A stretch of 64,000 nucleotides of DNA from the human T2T-CHM13v2.0 reference genome, Homo sapiens, in assembly GCF_009914755.1 (NCBI RefSeq), contig NC_060936.1. One strand, written 5' to 3'. How positions within the stretch are numbered: position 1 is the stretch's first letter; each line of letters begins with the position of its first letter. Made by a program: the position numbers and the translations under genes. The notes beneath the pieces were generated by a model that saw nothing but the letters and a program-made list of their open reading frames with translations, was not told the origin of the DNA and made no database searches. Of the stretch, positions 38,701 to 51,973 are shown piece by piece.

Positions 38701-41700
38701 ACCTCCTGGATTCATTGATCTTTCTAATGGTTTTTCGTGTTCCAATCTCCTTGAGTTCAGCTCTGATTATGGTTATTTCTTGTCTTCTGCCAGCTTTAGG
38801 ATTGGTTTGCTCTTGGTTCTCTAGTTCTTTTAATTGTGATATTAGGTTGCTAAATTGAGAACTTTCTAACTTTTTAATGTGAGCATTTAGTGCTATAAAT
38901 TTACCTCTTAACACTGCCTTAGGTGTGTCCCAGATATTCTGGTATGTTGTATCTTTGTTTTCATTAGTTTCAAAGAATTTCTTGATTTCTGTCTTAGTTT
39001 CTTTAATTACCCCAAAGTCATTCATGAGCAGGTTATTCAATTTCCATGTAATTGTATGGTTTTTAGTAAATTTCTTAGTCTTCATTTCTAATCCGATTGT
39101 GCTGTGGTCTGACAGAGTGGTTGTTATGATTTCAGTTCTTTTGTATTTGCTGAGGAGTGTTTTATGTCCAATTATGTGGCCAAATTAAGAGTATGTGCCA
39201 TGTGGTGATGAGAAGAATGTATGTTCTGTTGTTTGGGGGTGGAGAGTTCTGTAGATGTCTATCAGGTCCATTTGGTCCATTGCTGGGTTCAGGTCCTGAA
39301 TATCCTTGTTAATTTTCTGCCTCATTGATCTGTCTAATACTGTCAGTGGGGTGTTGAAGTCTTCCACTATTATAGTGTGGGAGTCTAAGTCTCTTTGAAG
39401 GTCTCTAAGAACTTGCTTTATGAATCTGGGTGCTCCTGTGTTGGGTACATATATATTGAAGATAGTTAGGTCTTCTTATTGAATTGAATCCTTTACCATT
39501 ATGTAATGCCCTTCTTTGTCTTTCTTGGTTTAAAGTCTGTTTTGTCTGAAATCAGGATTGCAACCCCTGCTTTTTTTCTGTTTTCCATTCGCCTGCTAGA
39601 TTTTTCTCCATCCCTATATTTTGAGCCTATGTGTGTCACTGCAAGTGAGATGGGTCTCTTGAAGATAGCATACCAATGGGTCTTGGTTCTTTATCCAGCT
39701 TGTCACTCTCTGCCTTTTAATTGGGGGCATTTAGCCTGTTTATATTCAAGGTTATTATTAACATGTGGATGTGATCTTGTCATGTTGTAAGCTGGTTATG
39801 CAGACTTGTTTGTGTGGTTGCTGTATAGTTTCACTGGTCTGCGTACTTAAGTGTGTTTTTGTAGTGGCTGGTAACAGTCTCTCCTTTCATATTTAGTGCT
39901 TCCTTCAGGAGCTCTTGTAAAGCAGGTCAGTGGTAACAAATTCCCTCAGGATTTGCTTGTCTGAAAGGTATCTTAATTCTCCTTCACTTACAAAGCTTAG
40001 TTTGGCTGGATATGAAATTCTGGGTTGAAGTTTCTTTTATTTATGTATGTTGAATACTGGTCCCCAATCTCTTCTGGCTTGCAGGGTTTCTACCGAGAAG
40101 TCTGCTGTTAGTCTGATGGGCTTCCCTTTGTAGGTGACCTGACCTTTATAGCTGCCTTTAACATTTTTTCTTTCATTTCAATCTTGGAAAATCTGATTAT
40201 TATGTGTTTTGAGGATTGAGGATGATCTTCTTGTGAAGTATCTTACTGGGGTTCTCTGCATTTCCTGAATTTGAATGTTGGCCTCTCTAGCTAGGTTGGG
40301 GAAGTTCTCATGGATGATATCCTGAAATATGTTTCCAAAGTGCTTACATTCTCCCTATCTCTTTCAGGGACACCAGTAAGTCATAGATTTTGTCTCTTTA
40401 CATAATCCCATATTTCTCAGAGGTTTTATTCATTGATTCTCATTCTTTTTTCTCTATTCTTGTCTGACTGTCTTATTTCAGAAAGCCAGTCTTCAAGCTC
40501 TGAGATTCCTTCCTCTGTTTGGTCTATTCTGCTATTAATACTTGTGATTGAATCATGAAATTCTTGTAGTGTAGTTTTTCAGATCTATCTGGTCAGTTAC
40601 ATTGTTTTCTATACTGGCTATTTTGTCTGTCAGCTGCTATATCATTTTATTGTGATTCTTAGCTTCCTTGGATTGGGTTTCAATGTATGCCTGCATCTCA
40701 ATGATCCTCATTCCTACTCATATGCCAAATTTTCTTTTTGTCACATCAGCCATCTCAGCCCAGTTCAGAACCCTTTCTGGAGAGGTAGTGCTATTGAAGG
40801 CACTCTGGCTTTTTGAGTTGTCAGAGTTCTTGCACTGATCCTTTCTCATCTTTGTGGGCTGATGTTTCTTTAGTCTTTGAAGTTGCTGACCTTTGGATTT
40901 TTTTTTCCTTTTATCCTATTCGATGACCTGGAGGGTTTGATTGTGGTATGAGGTGGGTTCAGCTGACTGGCTTCATTTCTGGAAGATTTTAGGGGGCCAA
41001 TGCTCAGCTCCCAACTCCTGGACTGTGTGCTCTAACTCTAGGGGACCTGTATCAGGCCCTGGTTTTTTTTCTCTGGCTCCTCAAGGTTAGGAATCCACGC
41101 TGGGGGTGGGGGTGGGGTTGGGGGTGAGGTGCTTCTGGACCATTGGTCACTATGTTCCAGTGGGTGGTGTCAGCCAGCCAAAGCATTTTGTAGTGTGGTG
41201 GCAGTGGGATCTGTCCTTCTTTGTACGTGCCAACAGCAGCAGTGGCAGCAGCATGGTGGGGTGCACACTTATTGGCTGCAGCAGGGTGCCAGTGGGTGCT
41301 AGAGTGCCTGCCTCTGTGTGGGTGTTCAGTACAGTAATGAAGGCAGCATGGCTTGGGGGCCAGAGGCCCCTGTGGGCAACTGTGTGCATAGTTGTGCTGG
41401 TGGTGGTGGTAGCATGGGGGTGAGGCACTGGCTAGTGCAAGTCTACGTGCACTCTCTCCATCACCACAGTCATGGGTGATCACTCAGGGCAGGGAAAGGT
41501 TTTGCTGTTCTCTGTGCCTAGTTTCACTTCTGTGGCAGTGTTGGCATCAGAGTGGGGCACTGGTGAGGGTGTGGCTGGCTGGCTCTGTGCCCCCCAACGC
41601 TCCAACTGCAATGGTGGTCCAGCAGAAGAGGGAGGCAGAGTGCACTCTGGCCACAGCAGTGGCAGAACAGGGTGCATGCACACGTGCGTGCTGGCAGGGC

Positions 41701-42839
41701 AAGGAAGGCAAAACCTGCCTGCACACACATGCACCGGCAAAGCAATGCGGGGGTTGCCGTGGGCCTGGGGGAAGCTGCAACGTGAGGAGGGAGCAGGCAG
41801 GCTGGCACATGGCCTTACGGGCTGCCCTACTGGAGCTCTCTGCCAGTCAGCCACAAGTCTACCAGCACAGGAGCTATGATGCGGGCCCCCAGGACACCTG
41901 CGGCTGCTCCACAAGCAAGCGCATCCAGGCTGGGTCCCTCAGAGAGGCCAGCAGACCAAGGGGTGCTCAGGTCAGACCAGCCCTGTCTGATGGACAAGAC
42001 CGCCCTGCAGAGTTCAGGTCTGACAGTTCCTCTAGGACTAAAGTCTCCTGTGGGAGTAAGTCGAGCCTAGGGAGATGGGTTTCTTGTAAAACAGGTCAGT
42101 GCTAACAAATTCCCTCAGCATTTGCTTGCCTAAAAAGGATCTTATTTCTCCGCTTATGAAGCTCAGTTTGGCTGGATATGAAATTCTGGGTTAGAATTTC
42201 TTCTCTTACGGTATGTTGAATATTGGCCCCCAATCTCTTCTGGCTTGTAGGGTTTCTACTGAGAAGTCTGCTGTTAGTCTGATGGGCTTCCCTTTGTAGG
42301 TGACCTGACCTTTCTCCATAGCTACCTTTAACATTTTTTCTTTCATTTCAGTCTTGGAGAATCTGATTATTATGTGTCTTGAGGATGATCTTCTTGTGAA
42401 GTATCTTACTGGGGTTCTTTGCATCTGGCTGTGCTCTCCTACAGACGCTCCCACATCAAACCCTCTGGGCTCTGCATCAGCTGGCGTGGCGCCTCTACTT
42501 CTCTAAGCACTTCTCCCTGCCAAATCGAGTGTCCATGGTGGTTGAGGGGTCTCCTCCTGCTGGGTTCCAGGGGCCCGTGGAGAGAGTGGGTTGCTCATTG
42601 CCAGTTCAACTCAGCCATTCCCCTGGAGTTGTTGGGGGCTGGGAATGAGTCCCCGTGCATGGTAGCCCCATGCAGGATTCCCAGCTTCCTCCCCTTTCAG
42701 CCCAGATTCTGTGTCTTCCCTCCAACCACTCTCAGTGTCTTCCCTCTGAAGATCTGTTAGGAGTGCACCAGTCATCTTGTTCCTTTGGTGGCAGCTGTTC
42801 CACCTGGCTGCGTCTAGTTGGCCATGTTGGCCAGCACCC
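35779..42839 (-). mobile_element. Full-length, inactive old primate L1 (L1PA13-16-like), sense to CRACR2A
   Basis: Poly-T tail at 35779; broken ORF2 pieces (ORFs 36336-36719, 37071-37379, 37811-38044, 38327-39085, 39185-39367); ORF1 relic at about 39850-40850; GC-rich 5'UTR to 42839; TSD cat(c/t)ccattttc at 35767-35778 and 42840-42851. Confidence 0.93.
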
Positions 42840-44507
42840 CATTCCATTTTCAAAACAAATGCAAGCTGTCTGTGACTTTCTTCCCACTTGGCTTCTCCAC
42901 TAGCTCCTCAGCCTCCTGTGTTCTCCCTCCCACATGGCCTGCAGCCTCTCCTTCCTTGAAGACCACTCTCTGCTGTCAAGGACCTTTCCTGCTTTCTGAA
43001 TTTGTGTGTATATGAAAAATGTGAGTTCTTTCCCTTCCAGTTCCCATGAGGCTGTGCTGGGAGCCTAAAGTAAAAAAGGCGGTGGTGGCCAGGCCCAGGA
43101 AGCTGGACACCAACCAAAGGGGGTGACTGTATGCACACCGCAGCCCCATGTGGAAGTGACAAGCCAACAACACAGATGCCTGGAGGACCTGCTCCAGGAG
43201 AACCGGGGGGCATGGGGACTTTCTGCAGAGAGCCACAGCTGACCATGAGAAGCCTGTTGTTCTTCTTCTTCATGCATCTCCCCCAGCCCATCTTCCTTCA
43301 GAGGTGGCCAGCCGAAGCAGCCAGAGATGGTGCTTAAATGACACGCTCAGTTCCCTCTCTTGACAGCACTTGCCAGCCTGAAGAACTAAGCATTTCAAGT
43401 GCTTCACTGACCACAGGTTCAGAAAAACTTCAGAAAATTAAGTAGACAGCAGAAATAAATGCTGTGGATGCCAAGTTATCGGCTTGGTGGCTTGTTGATT
43501 CAGGTGTTCTCCTGCCTGGATCAGGAGTGAGGACTGGGGAGGAAGGTTGAGTCAGTATTTCTGGGACTTAATGTTTCTGACTATATTTCAAGTCAAATAC
43601 AAGCGATTTCTTTAAAACTTTATACCTAGTTTCAATTCTCCATGCCTCCTCATCCCTTCATTAAAGAGTGGAGCTCAATGAGAGTTAATTAGGTTATATA
43701 CAGCAAGAGTGCTGAGTTGCACAGTACTTGTGGCCCAGAGTTGACCTCCATAAACATGAATTTCCTTTTCTTTCTGTCTAGAGGGAATAATCAAAAGTTA
43801 AGCCTGATTTTGAAACTACTAACACCAACCACCGCTACTGCAGACCTGTGAATGCCAATTATGAAGTTCACAGACAGGGGTTTGTCAAAGGTTTCCTCAA
43901 AACACACTGAATCTGGCCTTCCACATGGAGTGAGCCTTTGAGGACTGGGTTTTGGTGACAGAAACTTACTGGGGGAGTCATCACTGCAAAGAAGGGTAGG
44001 TTGGGCTCAATTGTGGGCTGAGCTGGTGTTCCCCAGGTCTTTTCCCTCAATTTGTGCAACAGTTAGAGAGTGGAATAGCTCCAGGAGAAGCATAAGAACA
44101 CCACCACATGGGGCCAGGGAAAGAACTGCCACACTTCACCTTGGGTCACACAGCTCCTTTCACAGCCTCCACACCTCGGAGCTCACATGCATGAGCAGAG
44201 ATGGGGCTGAGCCTAATGAGGGTCCCCATTTCATTGCCCAACTTTGGTATATTCTGAAAAACTAGACTTAAAGAAAGAGAGCCTAGCCATTGTGCTTCCT
44301 CCAACAGCACAGGGATGCGTCCCTTCAAAAACTACTCTGATGGAGTGAGTGACACAAAGACTCAGGGGAAAAGAGCTGCTTTCAAAGTACTCTAGTGAAG
44401 TCTGTATTTTATTCACCCATGTTCAAGTGAAATCTTGACTGCAGCATAAGAGACTTCAGTCAGACACTGAGAAGTTTTTGAAACTAAAGAAAGAAAGGCA
44501 TCAAACC

Positions 44508-44842
44508 AGGAGTGGGCAAACTCTGCCCCTGGGCTAAACCAGCAATCCCCTATTTTGGTGTGGCTAGTGAGTTAAGCCTGGTTTTTACATTTTTAAATGG
44601 TCAAAAAGAAATATCAAAAGAATAACAGTACTTGGTGACACATGGAAATTATATAAAATTCAAACTTCCTTGTCCATAAATAAAGTTTTATTGGAACACG
44701 GCACCCTCATTTGTTCACATATTGCCTATGGATGCTTTTGTGCTGCAACAGCAGAGATGAGTAGTTGTGATAGAGACTGTAAGGTCCACAAAGTGGAAAA
44801 TATTTATTCTCTGGACCTTTATGAAAAGGCTGCCGGGCCCTG
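44508..44842. mobile_element. MER58B-like hAT-Charlie MITE
   Basis: caggagtgggcaaact...tccataaataaagttttattggaacac...ctgccgggccctg. Confidence 0.8.
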
Positions 44843-45361
44843 CACTAGGCAATGGTGTGCACTGATGCTCTGCATACCATCTCTCTGGAGAATCTCTTCA
44901 GGAGATTGCAGTGTGTTTGGGTTTGAAGGCGAGACATGGGTAAAATGACCTCAGAAATGCCTTCCTCTCATGTTGTGGGAGAGGCTGTACCTATTCCTAA
45001 GGTACAGACAGCAGGAACGACTTTGTTATAACTCAAGTTGATGCCTTTCTACTTTTAGTTTCAGAAGGTTCTTCTCGTGTCAATAAGTCCCTTACGTTAC
45101 TGTTATCATTTCCCACAATCCTGGAGAGCTACTGAGGCAGAGAGGAAATAGCCCTGGAATCTGACAGCAAGTAAAGGCCAGAAATAGAATGAACTCAGGA
45201 GGTCCGGCTCCTAGTAGAGTTTGGGCAGATCCTTCCTTCCAAGACAGAACTGGTGGCATCTTTTCTGTTAAGGATGTCACCTCCCACGGGGCAAGCTCTA
45301 ACCCAAGACAGGAAGACATCTGGCATTCTCAGTGGGCAGGCCTACCTGGGACCCCACTTAC

Positions 45362-45589
45362 CTGCATATCCTTCCTGGCGATGAAGCCCTTGCCTTCAGC
45401 ATCACAGGTCTGAAAGAACTCCTGTGCCTTCCTCAGCATGACTAGCTGGCCCGACGTTTGCTCCTGAGTCTCCTTCTGCTCCAGGCTGTCCAGGGGATGC
45501 AGGCAGGCTCCACTCCCCTTTGGCCCCTGGCCAGACCCCTGACCAAGTCTCTGGGGTCTGGAGACTACCCTCCCGTCAGGGGCAGCCAT
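45362..45589 (-). CDS. CRACR2A: CRACR2A coding exon 1 (aa 1-76, MAAPDGRVVSRPQRL...FIARKDMQ; EF-hand 1)
   Basis: Translation matches the CRACR2A/EFCAB4B N-terminus as I recall it; 228 nt; donor CAG|gtaagt, phase 0. Confidence 0.97.
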
Positions 45590-45625
45590 CGCGATTAGTC
45601 AGTTTCTTGAAGTCTTTTTCAGAAC
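45590..45625 (-). other. CRACR2A: 5'UTR portion (36 nt) of the CRACR2A start-codon exon
   Basis: Acceptor ttctatgttcag|GTTCTG at 45626/45625; in-frame TGA at 45599-45601; Kozak GCG-ATG-G. Confidence 0.85.
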
Positions 45626-48600
45626 CTGAACATAGAAAATGGGAGAGAGAAGTGGGTGTGGTGGGTTGGAGTGAGGCTGAAAAAGAACAAGAGGGGATGA
45701 GAAGGAAGCACAGAGCCATACACCAGTGTGTCCAGGAATCTCTTAGCAACTACCTCTTAATTAGCAAAAGCTCAGGACAAGGGGAAAATATTCCATGATC
45801 ACTAATAGATCAGCAAGCCCATCAAAGGGAGGAGGGAAGAGTGCGGAAAGAAGACAGACATCTCCAGATTGAAAGGAGATGGAATAGGGGAAGCCCAAAA
45901 ATAATTTCTTCCCATTTAAACAACCAAACAACAACAAAACAGATCCTGATAGACCAGCTGCCATTTATAGAGCGTTTACTTAGACACCATGCCATGGCCT
46001 CTATATACATTTTTTTCATGTAATTCTCACATCTCTCTGACATAGCCATTATCATCTTCATTTTAGCAGTGTGAAAACTGAGGCTCAGAGAGGTTGCGTG
46101 ACTTGCCCAATATCACACAGCAAATTACTACAAAAGCTGAGATTGAAATCCAAGCCTGTACAACTTGTATGATCTCAGTCCCACCCTGTCCTGACTCCTC
46201 AGCATTGCTGAGGGTGGAAAGCTCTCCTCAGGTGGATGCACTTGCTCCTACATCATTCACAGTCAACAAGTTCTTGGTGAGCTCTTGCCCAATGTCATAG
46301 ACCTCGGCCACAGCTGTGAGCTCTGCAGTTTATTTACGTAGGAGAAAATGTGCCCCATTCTCAAGGAGCTTCATGTTGTAGAGGACTTGCCAGGCCTGGT
46401 TTGGTGACACCCAAGGCTGTTTTCAGCCCAAACCGAATCACAAATCATACACTTCAATCAGACTTTTAAAGACCCTGAAGGAGTGTTTTCAGAGGGTGTC
46501 TTGCAATGTGATGTGGAAGAGGGCATACAGAAACCTGGCTTCTGGACTCCACTGCTGCTTATATGACCTTGAACAAGTCGGTACCTGTCTGGGCCTCAGT
46601 TTCCTTATCTGTATGAGGAGAACACTGGACCTGTTTGTCTTTAAGGTCCCTTCTAGTTCTGAGCATCTGTAAGTCTGTGAAATCGCCACATCATAAAATG
46701 TTATGAATTATAAATGTTATTAATACAAAACTAAGTTCATGGGATAAAAGGAAATAATAACATCCTTGGATTTTTTTTTCCATCTGAAGACTTTTTGGAA
46801 GTAGAATAGGTCCACATTTTAAATACACGATGACATTTGGGTTTAAAAATAGAGATATGCACTGTCATGCATTTTGTGGCGAGCTGGAGAATGTGATGCT
46901 CTGGATCATATTTCCTGTGTCCATGTGAGTAAGAAAGGAGGAAAAGAAGTGAATCACCAGGCAGGTTTCTCTGATTACCAGGCCCTGGGCCTCAGGCTCA
47001 GCTATACCATGTCCAGAGCAATGTAAAATCTGTTGATTTCAGTGATGATCTTCCACTTAACCAGATTTGTCAAGAGCTGTGGGCCAGAGCTGGAAGAGCT
47101 CCTGGCCTCAGGAATGAACTTCATGTAATAAGGCCTTGACATTGCAGATCAGGCTACACCCTTTGCTCCGTGTGGCTGAACATGTAATTCCCACACTGAC
47201 CCATCTGACCAGCCCCATCCTCAGGAAATGTTCTTTCTCGTCATCTCTGTGTGTGAACTGACCATCACCTAATCCTAAGCAGATTTAACATTTTCATTCT
47301 GTCTTCCCCAGAGGGAGCTGCCTTGGATGGAAGCCTGATGGGGCAGGGCTGTGTCTCCATGGCTTTTATGTGCATTGTTCAGCCCGCCTGCATGAAGTGC
47401 TGGCTTTGGAAGGGCTTTTGGATAATGATGGTGGTAACGTGAGCTTCTGTAAATATACCACATGAGCAGAACAGGCTGTTGTCTTCCTGGTACCTTGCCG
47501 GGACTCTGTCTGCAAGGTCTCTGCACCCAAGAGGCCCCACCCTACTCCCACCTGCTGCTCCCAGGAGATGAGGTTAATAATATCTGTCATTCCTTGAGTG
47601 CTTTCTCTTGCCAGGCCCCTAGCATACTTCATCTTATTGAACCTGACATCCTCCCATATGGTAAGTATAATTAGGATTCCCATTATACAGATGAGGAAAC
47701 TGAATTTTGGAGAGGTTAATTTGTATCAGGGTCTAGCACAGTCAGAGACCTCTTCTGCTATACACATTGCCTTCCTGAGACCCAGTTGTGGGCTTGCTCT
47801 TAACAGTGTACTCATCCCCAACTGATCTAAATCACCTCCCAGAGGCATATTCATCATTTTAACGGGAACGTCTTTAATTCATTCATTCATTCATCCATTC
47901 ATTTATTTCCATCTACTGATTACCATGCAGCAAGCTCTGAGCTAACACTGTGAAATAGTGTTAGGTGAAATAGTGAATAGGACATGGTCCCTGCCCTTAA
48001 TGAATGAGTCTCTGAGAGTCCCTAATGGTGGGATTTCAATAATGGTGACTGATAGTTGGGGAAGATGTTTTAGATTGAGTCCTATATAGACTCTGTAGTA
48101 ATCAACTACTATTAAATAGCTGTGTGACCTTAAGTGAGCCCTCAAGTCACTCTGGGCCTGAGAAATAGTAGAGAGGATTTCTTAGTTCCAGATCTGATGT
48201 TTGCTGGCTTTCTAACTTCCCTAGACCACTTTCCCTCTACCTCTGCCCACCTGGTAACAACAGGTGATGCATGACATGAAAGAATCAACTAGTAGTTCTA
48301 GAGAAGTCAGCTATGAGCAACCAGTAGACAGGCACCATGTCTTATTCGATTTTACCGCCAGTTTCTAGCCTAGAATATGGTACATAGTAGTACTCACTGA
48401 TCATTGCATGAAGGAAGATCAATCTTTTGCTGAAGTCTTCAGAGGAGGGCCTGCAAGCATTTTTATTTCAGGCAGGTAGCTCTATATGTGGAATTTTTAT
48501 CTTATAATGAGTAAGTCTAGACTTCTGTTTCCAGAAAAGATGTAGTATCAGAGGCTGGATTTACCCTCCCAATTGAAATAACCAAAATTCCAGAGAGAAT

Positions 48601-48662
48601 ATAACTTTAAAAATGGTTTTCAAGACACTAGACACCAGGAATGAAGGATGGTGATCCTTAAG

Positions 48663-48909
48663 CAGGGGCAGGACTATATTGAGCTGAGTGAAGCCCCTAC
48701 CGAACAGGATTTAAAAAGACATCTACTCTCAGGAGCTAACCCTGCACTTACACAACCCTGAGAATTAGTATCTTCCTAAGAGTCAGCTGCTTAGGGTACA
48801 AAAATCTAAGGAGGCTTTCACTTGCAAAATTGTGCATCTGACAGTGATTTCTGCCTTAAATTTTTTTTGTCATAGGGGCTTCACTTATCTTACTCTAGTT
48901 CAAGCTCTG
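48663..48909. mobile_element. MER96-like hAT MITE
   Basis: Terminal inverted repeats (cagggg...gactatattgag..gagtgaagcccct / aggggcttcactt..cttactctagt...ctctg); degenerate 8-bp TSD tccttaag/ttcctgag. Confidence 0.7.
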
Positions 48910-51686
48910 TTCCTGAGACATAGGAAAGAAACAAAATGAACCCCAAGTGTGCCCTGTCTTATTATCTAAAGAGTTTTTAGGTCATGGCACGGGGAGGGGA
49001 AACACAGGCACAGCTTGGTAGACTACCTATGTTGAGGAAACCCAACTATATCCTGCCTACAAGAAATGTGCTTTACACATAAAGACACAAACTGTTAAAA
49101 GTAAAAGGCTGGAAAAAGATATAACACATTAACATTAGTTAAGAGAATACTGCATATTAATATCAGGCAAAATGGATTACAGAAGGAAGGATATTAGCGG
49201 GAATTAAAAAGTCATTTCATATTGATAAAAGGTCAATCCATCAATATGCTATAATAATGCTAAACACTTATGTGTCTAATAGCAGAGCTTCAAAATACAC
49301 AAAGCACAAACTGATTGAACTCCAAGGAAAAATAGCAAAGTCACAATGATATCCAAAGATTTCAATAACTTTCTCTCTCAATAATTTATAAAACAAGTAG
49401 ACAGAAATCCGTAAGGATACAGATGATTTGAATACTATCAACCATCTTGACTTAATTGACATTTATAGAACACTCCACCCAATGACAGCTAAATATACTT
49501 TTCAAATACACATGGAATACTGACCAAGATAATCCATATTCCGGGTCATAAAATGAGTCTTAATAAATTTAAAAGAATTCAGTTTGTACAAAGTATGTAC
49601 TCTGACCACAATGGAATTACATTAGAAACCAATAACAGAGAGACCTCTGGAAAATGTCCAAGTATTTGGAAAGACAGTAACACACTTCTAAACAACTCAT
49701 GGGCCAAAGAAAAAAAGGAAAGGGGAAATGAAAAAATATATTGAACTAAATGGAAAAAAAAAAGCACAATATATCAAATGTTGTGGGATACTGCTAAAGC
49801 AGTACTAAGGAAAAAATTTATAGCGCTAATCATATATACTTGGAAAGAAGAAAGGGCTCAAATCAATGACCTCAGATTTTACCTTGAGAAACAAGAAAAA
49901 TAAATACAAATTAAACCCAACGTAAGGAGAAAAAAATAATAAGGATCGGAGAAGAAAAAATGAAATAGAAAGCAGAAAAGCAATGGAGAAAATCAACAAA
50001 ACTAAAAGCTGGTTCTTTGAGAAGATTAATAAAGAGACAAGACACAAATTACAATAGTAGCAATGTGAGGTGATATCATTACAGATACTATAGACATTAA
50101 AAGGCTAATAAGAGAATATTATGAATAACTTTATGCCAACAAACTTGACAATTTAGATTAGATGAACTGATTCCTTGAAAAACACTAAATACCACAGCTC
50201 ACTCAAGGAGAGATAGATTACATGAATAATTCTATATCTGCCAAAGAAATTGACCTGATAGTTAAACAAAAAATCTTCCCACAAGAAAACTTCAGGTCCG
50301 CATAGCTAAATTGATGAATTCTATCAAATATTTAAAGAATAAGTAATACCAATTCTATACCGACTCTTTCAGAAAATTGAAGACTAGGAAATACTTCCTA
50401 ACATATTATATGAGGCTAGCATTACCCTGATACCAAAACTGAATGAAGATATTACAGAAAAAAAATAGGCCAATATCCCTTATGAACACAGATGTAATCA
50501 TTCTTCAGGAAATTGTAACAGATTGAGTTCAACACCATATAAAAAGATGATAATCCTGACCAACCAGGGTTTATCTGAGAAATGCAAGAATGGTTTAACA
50601 TTTGAAAATCAATAATGTAATTTACCATATTAACAAATTTTAAAAGATAAACCTTTTGATCATCTCAATAGATACAGAAAACGCATCTGACAAAAGCTAC
50701 TCCTGATAAAAACTAAGAGAACTAGGAATAGGAAGGAACTGGCCCAACACGAAAATGGGCATCTACGAAAACAACAGCTAACATCATACTTAAGGGTGAA
50801 AGACCAAATGTTTTGCTCCTGGGGTCAAGAAAAAGACAAGAATATCTGTTCTTACCACTTCTATTCAACATTGTGTTGGAGATTTTAGCTAGCTCAATGG
50901 AGCAAGAAAAAGAAATAAAATACATTCAGATTGGAAAGGAAAAAGTTAAATTGTCTTTATTCCCAGACAGCAGGAGTGCTTATATAAAAAAAATCTGATG
51001 AAATTCACAAAAAGCTACTTATAAAATAAGTGAATTTGACAAGGTTGCAGGACACACACTCAGTATATGATAATCAATTGTATTTATCTATACTAACAAA
51101 AAAAAATTAAAATTGAAATAAAAATATCATTTGCAATGGTATAAAAATATGAGATATGAATATATCTGACAAAGGATGTCTAATACTTATACACTGAAAG
51201 CTATAAAATATCAATGAGAATACAAAGAAGACCTAAAACAAATGGAGAGATATGCCATGTTCATGGGATCGAGAGACTCAATATTATTAAGATGTCATTT
51301 CTTCCTAAGTCCAATAGATTCATCTCAATTCCAGTCAAAATCCCACCAGGCTTATTTGTAGAAACTGATAACCTGATTTAGAATTCACACAAAAATGAGA
51401 AAAACCTAGAATAGCCAAAACAACTTTGAAAAAGAAGAACAAAATTGGAAGACAAACACTACCTGATTTCAAGACTTATTATAAAGCTATAGTAGGCAAG
51501 ACAGTGCTACTGGCATAAAGACACACAAACAGATAAATGGAACAGAATATAGAACAGAGAAGCCAAAAATAGACCCATGTATATAAATGATTTTTTGGCA
51601 AAGATGCAAGGCAATTCAGAGGATAAAGCATAGATTTTTCCAACAAATGATACTGAAACAATTGAATATCCATTTGCAAAAACAGC

Positions 51687-51973
51687 TTTTTTGTTTTTTG
51701 TTTTGAGACAGAGTCTTGCTCAGGCTGGAGTGCAGTGGCGCGATCTCTGGCTTACTGCAAGCTCCACCTCCCAGGTTACGCCATTCTCCTGCCTCAGCCT
51801 CCCGAGTACCTGGGACTACAGGCGCCCGCCACCACGCCCAGCTAATTTTTTATATTTTTAGTAGAGATGGGGTTTCACCATAGCCAGGATGGTCTTGATC
51901 TCCTGACTTCATGATCCGCCCACCTTGGCCTCCCAAAGTGCTGGGATTACAGGCATGAGCCACCGCACCCAGC
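51687..51973 (-). mobile_element. Alu SINE (AluY-like) nested in L1M
   Basis: caagctccacctcccagg..acgccattctcc, ggcgcccgccaccacgccc; flanks tgcaaaaa. Confidence 0.93.

Noticed and set aside
38327-39085. 252-aa ORF, the longest in the window
   Set aside because: A fragment of L1 ORF2 within a frameshifted, inactive element.
41052-42105. Stack of overlapping 90-209 aa ORFs
   Set aside because: GC-rich L1 5'UTR is stop-poor in all frames.
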